Below the pieces are notes generated by a model. That model did not search any database. It had not been told where the DNA came from and saw only the letters and a list, made by a program, of their open reading frames with translations. Shown piece after piece: positions 25,696 to 32,242 of a DNA stretch of 32,242 bases (positions within the stretch are counted from its first letter, which is position 1; every line of letters starts with the position of its first letter). The stretch is from a virus (lineage: Duplodnaviria; Caudoviricetes): positions 1 through 32,242 of IMG/VR virus record IMGVR_UViG_3300037598_000406; one strand, given 5' to 3'. A program made the translations under genes and the position numbers.

Positions 25696-25790
25696 GTGAG
25701 GAGACAGCTATGGAAGTGATAATCTTCGGAGTAGCGGTTTATATACTGATACTGATGATATTGGTCTACTGGGCCAATCGCTTAAGCTAA
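25692..25790 (+). CDS. 32-aa single-TM microprotein with two possible starts (not in the ORF track)
   Basis: MSEETAMEVIIFGVAVYILILMILVYWANRLS*; GGAGGA before Met1 and GAGGAG before Met7. Confidence 0.6.
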   Translation: MSEETAMEVIIFGVAVYILILMILVYWANRLS

Positions 25791-25822
25791 ATCGCTAAAC
25801 TAAAAATGAAAGGAGAATAAAA

Positions 25823-26131
25823 ATGGCTTGGGTATCGAAGAGTTTTTCTCTCAATCTGGAGAGGGATAAAGATGTCTTGGATTTTCTGGCGTCTCAGCGC
25901 AATCAGAGTTTAGTGATTCGGGACGCCCTCCGCCTCATGGCGGCGAAGAACCCTCCCGATAGGAAGGATGAGGTCTTGGAGACCCTCAAGAGGATTGAGA
26001 AGCTGCTCATCCAACAGAGCGAGCTTCTCAAGAAGGCAGCCTTTGCCGTCGAGGAGGGCGAGGAGCTGATTGAACTCGCCGAGGTGGGAGGCAAGTTTGA
26101 GATTGAGCCAGAGGAGTTCTACTTTGAATAA
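25823..26131 (+). CDS. Ribbon-helix-helix-like DNA-binding protein
   Basis: GAAAGGAG RBS; SKSFSL strand, DKDVLDFL helix, NQSLVIRDALR helix, coiled coil, acidic tail. Confidence 0.65.
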   Translation: MAWVSKSFSLNLERDKDVLDFLASQRNQSLVIRDALRLMAAKNPPDRKDEVLETLKRIEKLLIQQSELLKKAAFAVEEGEELIELAEVGGKFEIEPEEFYFE

Positions 26132-26151
26132 ATAGAGAAAGGAGGGGAAAG

Positions 26152-26931
26152 ATGAAAAGAGACTATCTATCGAAGAGGTTTTCCATCCCGCTGTGGGCGC
26201 TCCTTGCGATTCTTGCCGTCTGCATCGTCACCCTGACGATACCGGATGAGGGGTCGTATTACCACAAGCGGGAGCTGGAGGAGGCCACTCCTCCCCCGGC
26301 TTTCCTGGAAGTCGAGGCCCCTGGGGAGGTAGAGTCTCGCCTGATTGGTATTGACGTGAGCCAGTATCAGGGCGAGATAGATTGGGAGAAGGTGGCGGCC
26401 AGCGGAGTGCGCTTCGTCATCATCAGGGCCACGATGGGGCTGGGCGGCACCGACCCCAACTTCATCTCAAACTGGGAGGGGGCTAAGAAGGCGGGTCTCC
26501 TGGTGAGCGCTTATCACATTTTTTTCCATGATGAATCGCCCGTAAAGCAGGCACTCGCCTTCGTCCAGGCCCTCGATGGGAGGGAGCCGGATTTCCCCCT
26601 GGCGCTGGATGTGGAGATTCCGGCGCGGGGGAACTACGGCGCCCAGCTAGAGGATATGTGCCTTACAATGGAGATACTCACGGGCCAGAGACCCATGATA
26701 TACACCGCCCAGTATATTTGGAACACTAACGTGGGCTGGGGCCCGAAGTGGCATCTCTACCCGCTATGGGTGGCGGACTACGATGCCGCCGCTCCCGCCA
26801 TGCCCGATGGCTGGGAGAGGTGGAGCATCTGGCAATACTCCAATAAGGGCCGCATCTCCGGGATAGAGGGCCACGTAGACCTCAACCTCTTCGAGGGAAC
26901 TGAGGAGGAGCTGAAGAGGCTCGGAGAATGA
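26152..26931 (+). CDS. GH25 muramidase (endolysin) with N-terminal TM/signal anchor
   Basis: GIDVSQYQG, IRATMG, AYHIF, ALDVE, LWVADY, WQYS, VDLN; N-terminal LWALLAILAVCIVTLTI. Confidence 0.92.
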   Translation: MKRDYLSKRFSIPLWALLAILAVCIVTLTIPDEGSYYHKRELEEATPPPAFLEVEAPGEVESRLIGIDVSQYQGEIDWEKVAASGVRFVIIRATMGLGGTDPNFISNWEGAKKAGLLVSAYHIFFHDESPVKQALAFVQALDGREPDFPLALDVEIPARGNYGAQLEDMCLTMEILTGQRPMIYTAQYIWNTNVGWGPKWHLYPLWVADYDAAAPAMPDGWERWSIWQYSNKGRISGIEGHVDLNLFEGTEEELKRLGE

Positions 26932-27467
26932 AACGGGCTTATCTGGTCTTTGGGCCCGAATCCAGCGGCACAAGGCTTATGACGCGCATCCTGATTCTGG
27001 CAGGATGTCAGGGGTCATGGGGGCACTATCAGCATTATGACCACCATTTCCCAAAGGACAGCCCGATAGTCTGGCGGCGCAGTGTCCCCCACGCAAGGCA
27101 ATGGCCGGATATAGTGGACATGGTGACGAGCCTGCGCAATGCGGGCTATTCGGTAAAGGCTGTCGTTACCACCAGGCATTGGTGGCCCATGATTTGCTCC
27201 CAGGTAAAGGCCGGCTATGTCCCATGCTTAGATACTGCTCGCAAAAATGTCAGAAGGGCATACCGTCACATCTTCAGCTCATTGGAGCAGGCCAATGTAG
27301 AGTACGTTATCGTCAGCTATGAGGCATTGGTGGAAGAGAGGGGGCCAGCAATAAAGGCTATACTTAATGAATTGCAACTGCCCTCTTCTGCCGACATTGA
27401 GGTCGTAACAGAAAGGATTTTGAAAGAGATAAATCTGATAAATGCAAATCAAAAGCATTACCGCTAA
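26928..27467 (+). CDS. Sulfotransferase-like P-loop protein
   Basis: VFGPESSGTRLMTRIL (5'-PSB-like), TTRH...CSQ (3'-PB-like R..S), VSYEALV (YEDL-like). Confidence 0.7.
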   Translation: MKRAYLVFGPESSGTRLMTRILILAGCQGSWGHYQHYDHHFPKDSPIVWRRSVPHARQWPDIVDMVTSLRNAGYSVKAVVTTRHWWPMICSQVKAGYVPCLDTARKNVRRAYRHIFSSLEQANVEYVIVSYEALVEERGPAIKAILNELQLPSSADIEVVTERILKEINLINANQKHYR

Positions 27468-27493
27468 TTATCAATAGAAAGGAGGAGAGAACT

Positions 27494-27826
27494 ATGCAGA
27501 CTTTGGAGAGAATCACCGATAGTTGGCAGGCAACTCGTCAATCCCCCGTCGTCGAGGTGGAGGTACACCTCAAGGACGATGAGGTGTTCGCCGTCTTTAT
27601 TGATGGCGAGCCGATGGTGCTGAGGGAGGCTGGCTTCGCCACCGTCGGCCTCATCGCCGGCACCGAGGTGGCGCTAAAGGCGAGGGGGTGGCCGGACTGG
27701 GCTATCTCCCAGGTGAGGCGGCTCCACCTGAAGGGAGTCTTGCCCTCGCTGAAGGGCAAGCTCCCGAAGTGGGAGGAGGCCCGTGAGGAGTGGGAAAGGG
27801 CATTTGAATACCTATCTCAGGAGTAG
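27494..27826 (+). CDS. Hypothetical protein
   Basis: AGAAAGGAGG RBS; 110 aa. Confidence 0.75.
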   Translation: MQTLERITDSWQATRQSPVVEVEVHLKDDEVFAVFIDGEPMVLREAGFATVGLIAGTEVALKARGWPDWAISQVRRLHLKGVLPSLKGKLPKWEEAREEWERAFEYLSQE

Positions 27827-27832
27827 AGCAGG

Positions 27833-28171
27833 ATGGATAAAAGGTTGCCCATCACATTTCTCATCCCCGGCGTGGTGAGGACGCCCGGCATGGCAGGTTA
27901 TATCGCCTATCGCCCAAAGCTACGGGGCTACCTCCATGACCAGATGGAGGCCCTGGCCTGTCTCCACATCGGAGGCCCCATCTCCATCGAGATGGAGGCC
28001 AACGAGCAACCCGGCTCCCTCGTGGGGCTTATAAACGCCTTCGTGGACGCGAGCAAGGGCGTCGTATGGGGGCAGGTGGTGACTGTGATGGAGATTAAGG
28101 CCAGGGTCATCCATCGGGGGAATGCCCCGTATCTCAAGGTGGTGATTAACAAATGGCAAAGGTCTCGATAA
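27833..28171 (+). CDS. RusA-fold protein with degenerate catalytic motifs
   Basis: ITFLIPG...GPISIEM...PGSLVGLINAFVDASKGVVW...V..I...PYLKVVI aligns by eye to the RusA layout. Confidence 0.5.
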   Translation: MDKRLPITFLIPGVVRTPGMAGYIAYRPKLRGYLHDQMEALACLHIGGPISIEMEANEQPGSLVGLINAFVDASKGVVWGQVVTVMEIKARVIHRGNAPYLKVVINKWQRSR

Positions 28172-28380
28172 ATCTGGACGAGATAAGCTCCATCCTCAAG
28201 CAAATGAAGGTCGTGCGGGGCGCTCCTTACTACGACCACGGCAAGCGCTCCCGTGAGGAGCAGAAGGAGTACCTCCGGAGGAAGGGCGCAGCCATCAAGA
28301 ATATAGACCAGTGGAGATTGCGCCTCCAGAAGAAGGAGGAACGCCGCAGGGCGCGGAAGCGCAAATTTAAGATGAGGTAG
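28153..28380 (+). CDS. Small highly basic protein
   Basis: K/R-rich, 75 aa; AAGGTGGTG RBS-like sequence; packed in the operon. Confidence 0.65.
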   Translation: MAKVSINLDEISSILKQMKVVRGAPYYDHGKRSREEQKEYLRRKGAAIKNIDQWRLRLQKKEERRRARKRKFKMR

Positions 28381-28381
28381 G

Positions 28382-28612
28382 ATGAGGAGGACGGCTATGG
28401 GATACCTTGTGGAGCCCACCTATTGGGAATACTGCCGTAAATGCGGAGCGCTGCTTGTCACAGTGCCGGAGAGCTTGTGCGGCTATTGCTCCGAGGAGTG
28501 TGGCGGCAACGCATACCTCCAGGCCGTCGAACGACATCATACCACCCTTGTCAGGCTTCTCCAAAACAGCTCCGACGGCTACATCCTTATCCCAATAGAA
28601 GAACCTGGATGA
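28382..28612 (+). CDS. Small zinc-finger protein
   Basis: CRKCG...YCSEEC; the true start may be the second Met (GAGGAGG RBS). Confidence 0.7.
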   Translation: MRRTAMGYLVEPTYWEYCRKCGALLVTVPESLCGYCSEECGGNAYLQAVERHHTTLVRLLQNSSDGYILIPIEEPG

Positions 28613-28618
28613 GAGGGG

Positions 28619-29926
28619 ATGAGAGCAAAAGTTAACATCATAATCGGAGATTGCCGGCAGGTGCTCAGGAGTTTCCCCGATGGGTACTTCCACTGCTGTG
28701 TGACCTCCCCTCCCTACTGGGGGCTGAGACATTATAGGCTCCCCCCGCTGATTTGGGGCGGGGAGGGGGATTGCGAGCATGAGTGGGGAGACACCCTTAA
28801 ACGCCGGCAGGTAGGAGGTCAGCTCAAGGGCTATTCCTCTCAATGGCAGCTCCCCAGCAGGGAAGCCCATCATGGCGGTACCGCCGGCCAGTTCTGCCAG
28901 AAGTGCGGGGCCTGGCGGGGGCAGCTTGGCCTGGAGCCCTCCCCGGAGCTGTATGTGGAGCACCTCGTGGAGGTCTTCCGGGAGGTACACCGAGTGCTCC
29001 ATCCGTCAGGCACCCTCTGGCTGAACCTCGGCCATACCTACATGGGTTCCGGCCAGGGGTGGCAGAAGGAGGACTCGTCGAGCTGGAGGAGGCAGTGGCT
29101 CGATGAGTTCGAGGAGGCCAGGAGGCAGGCCCCTACCCTTATACGCCACAGCCACTTCAAGCCGAAAGACCTGGTGCCCATCCCCTGGATGGTGGGGATG
29201 GCGCTTCAGAGGGAGGGGTGGTGGCTGCGGAGCGACATCATCTGGTTAAAGATTAACGCCTTACCAGAGAGCGTCAAAGACCGCCCGACGCTGGCTCACG
29301 AGTATTTGCTCCTCCTCTCGAAGAGCCGAAGGTATTACTATGATAGCGTAGCCATCCGTGAGCCGGCGAAGGAGGTCAGCATCGAGCGCTTGAAGCGAGG
29401 GGTGGGGGTGCACAAGTACACCGAGGGCGCCCCCGGCCAGAAGCCTCACACGATACACAGGCCGAGGAAGAAAAATCCAGCCAGGCTCGTGCCCACCATG
29501 CGCAACAAGCGCACCGTCTGGTCGCTGGCCGTGCAACCTTTCAAGGGGGCCCACTTCGCAGTATTCCCAGCGTCGCTCGTCCGCCCTCCCATCCTGGCCG
29601 GCACCAGCGAGAGGGGTTGCTGCCCGAAGTGCGGCTCCCCCTGGGAGCGTCTCGTGCGCAAGGCTTATAGCCAATACGAGGAGACCGTCACCATCGGCTG
29701 GAGTCCCACCTGCGATTGCGGGGAAGAGCCCGTGCCCTGTCGCGTCCTCGACCCCTTCGCCGGCACGGGCACGACCGGCCTGGTGGCCGCCAAGCTCTTT
29801 CGGGATAGCGTCCTGATTGAGCTGAGCCCCGAATATGGGCGCATGGCGGAGGAGAGGCTCCGCCGGGAACTCGGCGGCCTCTTCACGGAAATCGAGATAA
29901 AAACTTTTAGAAAGGAGGAGATATGA
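28619..29926 (+). CDS. Orphan N4/N6 DNA methyltransferase (beta class) with Cys-rich inserts
   Basis: IIGDC, VTSPPYW, GTLWLNLG, DIIWLK, HEYL, HFAVFP, VLDPFAGTGTT, IELSPEY; inserts CQKC, CPKC, CDC. Confidence 0.93.
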   Translation: MRAKVNIIIGDCRQVLRSFPDGYFHCCVTSPPYWGLRHYRLPPLIWGGEGDCEHEWGDTLKRRQVGGQLKGYSSQWQLPSREAHHGGTAGQFCQKCGAWRGQLGLEPSPELYVEHLVEVFREVHRVLHPSGTLWLNLGHTYMGSGQGWQKEDSSSWRRQWLDEFEEARRQAPTLIRHSHFKPKDLVPIPWMVGMALQREGWWLRSDIIWLKINALPESVKDRPTLAHEYLLLLSKSRRYYYDSVAIREPAKEVSIERLKRGVGVHKYTEGAPGQKPHTIHRPRKKNPARLVPTMRNKRTVWSLAVQPFKGAHFAVFPASLVRPPILAGTSERGCCPKCGSPWERLVRKAYSQYEETVTIGWSPTCDCGEEPVPCRVLDPFAGTGTTGLVAAKLFRDSVLIELSPEYGRMAEERLRRELGGLFTEIEIKTFRKEEI

Positions 29927-30282
29927 AAGATAGCAGCGAGTTAATCTACATCACAATCCTACTCCTGGTCTTCGTCATCATAGTGATAATCGTGGTAGGG
30001 CCGGCATCCTCGCCCGCGCCCGATACAAGTTCCCTCATCGAGTGTCTCCAGAGCGTGGGCCTCGACATGCGCGGCTCAGGGCGCCGTGAACTCCCCTCCG
30101 GGTGGGAGTGCAACGTCATCCTCGACCGTTACCAGGTCACGCGGGATGAGGCCCTCCAAATGGCGAGGATGGCGAAGCTCTGCGAACCCCGATGCCGTTA
30201 TATCATCGTTGAATCGTACTGGTATACGAATGTTCGTTTTACCTTCGATGCGGAGGACGATTTCAAAGAAATAACGAAATAA
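29923..30282 (+). CDS. Membrane-anchored protein with Cys-containing extracellular domain
   Basis: AGAAAGGAGG RBS; strong N-terminal TM. Confidence 0.75.
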   Translation: MKDSSELIYITILLLVFVIIVIIVVGPASSPAPDTSSLIECLQSVGLDMRGSGRRELPSGWECNVILDRYQVTRDEALQMARMAKLCEPRCRYIIVESYWYTNVRFTFDAEDDFKEITK

Positions 30283-30314
30283 GAATTAGGAATTAAGAAA
30301 AGAAAGGAGGCGCT

Positions 30315-30515
30315 ATGAAAAACAGACTTCTAGAAATCGAGGCTATCTGGCGGGAGGACGCCAAGACGGGCGAGGGGGCCGTCACCGAGGTGGTCTTCCG
30401 GAGGGAGCGCTCCATCAGGCGTTACAAGCTCACCCCCTCCTCGCTGGTGCGCCTGATGAACATAGTCCCCAGGGCCGATGTCTCCCTCTGGCTCACCCAT
30501 GAGGACGAGCTATGA
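30315..30515 (+). CDS. Hypothetical protein
   Basis: AGAAAGGAGG RBS; ATGA coupling to the next gene. Confidence 0.75.
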   Translation: MKNRLLEIEAIWREDAKTGEGAVTEVVFRRERSIRRYKLTPSSLVRLMNIVPRADVSLWLTHEDEL

Positions 30516-30802
30516 CGAACGACATCCTCTCCTACGGCGACCTTCGGGGGGAGGAGGCCCTCACCGCCTTTGTAAGCGAGCGTGGCCTGGATGCTTTTCT
30601 CGCCGAGTTTCTATATCCATACGTCAGGAGGCTCTATCTCCATCTAAGCGAGGAGTTAGGGCGGGCCATCCAGCTCTGCTATCCCGACGGCGCCCCCGAT
30701 GGCCTGGCCTATCTCGCCGTGCTCGACCTCTCCGAGCGTTGCAGGAGGTATGAGTCCCTCATCCAGGCCCTCGAAGACTATCTCAAGGAGGAGGCCCCAT
30801 GA
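30512..30802 (+). CDS. Hypothetical protein
   Basis: ATGA overlaps on both sides. Confidence 0.7.
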   Translation: MTNDILSYGDLRGEEALTAFVSERGLDAFLAEFLYPYVRRLYLHLSEELGRAIQLCYPDGAPDGLAYLAVLDLSERCRRYESLIQALEDYLKEEAP

Positions 30803-31002
30803 AGAGACTCACTTTCGCCCACTATCTCGACTTCGAGTATTACATCAAAAGGCATCACCCAGACCTCTATCTCCGGTGGCAGCTAGATGCCCCTACCTAT
30901 GTTTCCCTCATCGAGTGGATATGCATAGACTCCCCCTGCATTCTGGAGAGCTGGCTCGCCAGTTGCGAGGGGCTGGAGGACAATGACCGCTTCATAGAAT
31001 AA
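30799..31002 (+). CDS. Hypothetical protein
   Basis: GGAGG RBS; ATGA coupling. Confidence 0.7.
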   Translation: MKRLTFAHYLDFEYYIKRHHPDLYLRWQLDAPTYVSLIEWICIDSPCILESWLASCEGLEDNDRFIE

Positions 31003-31020
31003 AATAGAAAGGAGGAAGCT

Positions 31021-31119
31021 ATGGAAACTCTATTCGCCATCGCCCTGGTCATTGCACCACTGGCGATGTTCTTGCTCGTCGTGACGCTGATAGTGTCCGT
31101 CCTAGAGCACACCAAATAG
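31021..31119 (+). CDS. 32-aa single-TM microprotein (not in the ORF track)
   Basis: AGAAAGGAGG RBS; METLFAIALVIAPLAMFLLVVTLIVSVLEHTK*. Confidence 0.7.
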   Translation: METLFAIALVIAPLAMFLLVVTLIVSVLEHTK

Positions 31120-31140
31120 AATCAAAGAAAGGAGGCTGCT

Positions 31141-31464
31141 ATGCACTCTCTCACTCACCCCATTTCCCTCATCTTAGCCGTCTGTTTCGCCACGGGCCTG
31201 GCGGTATGTCTCCTGAGCCTCGCCAGCCTCCTCGACGACCTGCGTCGGGAGAGGAAGCCCATCCTGTGGGAGACGACCCGCGCAGTCAAATGGGCGGGCC
31301 ATAGCGCCTGGGAGCTGCAATTCACCAGAGGGCGCTTCACCCTCGCCCTCGCCCTCAACTTCCACTACTGGGTCATCGGCCTCGCATTGCGAGGGGGCGA
31401 AGATTCCCGCCTGGCCTTCTACCTCGGCCCACTGGGCCTCACTCTCATGCTGGATAGGAGGTGA
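31141..31464 (+). CDS. Membrane protein
   Basis: AGAAAGGAGG RBS; N-terminal TM. Confidence 0.7.
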   Translation: MHSLTHPISLILAVCFATGLAVCLLSLASLLDDLRRERKPILWETTRAVKWAGHSAWELQFTRGRFTLALALNFHYWVIGLALRGGEDSRLAFYLGPLGLTLMLDRR

Positions 31465-31468
31465 GAGA

Positions 31469-31693
31469 ATGCCCACAGTGATATTCCACGCCGAGTATGC
31501 CGACGGCATACACGTATATAACACATACACCCACTCCTACCCCCTCTGTCCAGATTGCCGCCATCCACTCGACCTCCACGACCGCTGGAACATCTGCCAC
31601 GCCGAAGGGTGCGGCTACGCCCCCTGCTCCAGGGAATTTCCAGCAGACGAGGAGACAGGTGATACAGAGACCATAAAAGGAGATACCCCATGA
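31469..31693 (+). CDS. Small zinc-ribbon protein
   Basis: GGAGGTGA RBS; CPDC...CHAEGC. Confidence 0.7.
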   Translation: MPTVIFHAEYADGIHVYNTYTHSYPLCPDCRHPLDLHDRWNICHAEGCGYAPCSREFPADEETGDTETIKGDTP

Positions 31694-32061
31694 AAGCAAT
31701 GGCATGGCTCTTGAGCGCCACCAGCGCCCTCATGCTCTACCTCATGGGCAATAAAAGCAAATGGGGGCCACGCCTGGGCCTCCTCAACCAGGCCCTCTGG
31801 ATTATATACGCCATCGGCCTGGAACAATACGGCCTCCTGCCAGGCATCGCCCTCTACACCATCGTCCACCTGCGTAACCTCTACCACTGGGAGGCCAGGA
31901 GGCCCCTCTCCTCTTCCCTCCCAACCCTCATCACCCACACCATCGCCAATATATTGCTAAACAAATCCCTGTGGCACGATGAATATGGCCGCCCCATCAC
32001 CTGGCGCCAGGCACTCCGCCTGACCCGCCATAAGCCTATAAATAAGGAGGAAGAAGTATGA
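31690..32061 (+). CDS. Small 3-TM membrane protein (PnuC half-repeat-like)
   Basis: AAAGGAG RBS; GNKSKWGPRLGLLNQALWIIYAI...QYGLL...Y...RNLYHW. Confidence 0.6.
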   Translation: MKAMAWLLSATSALMLYLMGNKSKWGPRLGLLNQALWIIYAIGLEQYGLLPGIALYTIVHLRNLYHWEARRPLSSSLPTLITHTIANILLNKSLWHDEYGRPITWRQALRLTRHKPINKEEEV

Positions 32062-32242
32062 ACACAAAAAGAGAAGTCCTCACCGACTGGACTGCCAGCA
32101 GCGTCATCGCCACCGGGCGCCTGGAATGGAAACGGGCGTGGTTCATCGGCAGCAAAGACCGCTACAACGAATACGCCCGCTGGCCCCAAAAGGTAGACCT
32201 CGGCGATACCGCCATCATCTGCCGCCGAGGCGTCACATGGGG
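32058..32242 (+). CDS. Hypothetical protein (partial, runs off the right end)
   Basis: AAGGAGG RBS; MNTKREVLTDWTASSVIATGRLEWKRAWF... open to the window edge. Confidence 0.65.
   Translation, partial: MNTKREVLTDWTASSVIATGRLEWKRAWFIGSKDRYNEYARWPQKVDLGDTAIICRRGVTW

Larger units (their letters stand above)
1..32242. mobile_element. Tailed phage / prophage genome segment
   Basis: TerL-portal-head module, lysin, RuvC, orphan MTase, dense small ORFs, no housekeeping genes. No integrase or att site is visible. Confidence 0.92.

Noticed and set aside
25003-32189. - strand ORFs in the right arm (e.g. 28367-29002, 27928-28419, 29261-29674)
   Set aside because: Shadows of well-supported + strand genes.
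1-32242. CRISPR array, integrase/att site, intron/intein, DGR or stop-codon recoding
   Set aside because: No spaced repeats, recombinase, reverse transcriptase or intein motifs seen; genes are intact in the standard code and use all three stops.

Overview
This window is a 32 kb segment of a tailed dsDNA phage or prophage (Caudoviricetes) with two divergent arms that meet at about 24.95-25.03 kb. The leftward arm starts with a packaging module (putative TerS, TerL, DUF935/Mu gp29-type portal, Mu F-like head protein) and a terminator. It continues with a consensus sigma70 promoter, a structured ~150-nt RNA carrying an anti-Shine-Dalgarno segment, and ~20 kb of envelope/glycan genes. Those genes are a SAM methyltransferase, a 1342-aa secreted DUF2341-LamG-cohesin-dockerin-GH protein, 7 glycosyltransferase genes (8 GT2/GT4 domains), a Com-like Zn finger, HExxH and M14 peptidases, membrane proteins and a clan GH-A hydrolase. 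The rightward arm holds RuvC, an RHH regulator, a membrane-anchored GH25 lysin, a sulfotransferase-like protein, a degenerate RusA-fold protein, an N4/N6 DNA methyltransferase and many small ORFs with very strong AGAAAGGAGG ribosome binding sites. The best candidate for a new system is the anti-SD RNA: it is complementary over 21 nt to the lysin RBS and start codon 6 kb away, and over 10-13 nt to five other right-arm RBSs. By manual scan, GATC, GGWCC and CYCGRG appear absent from the window. The host is inferred, not proven, to be a Chloroflexota-like bacterium. All family calls come from motif recognition by eye, with no database searches.
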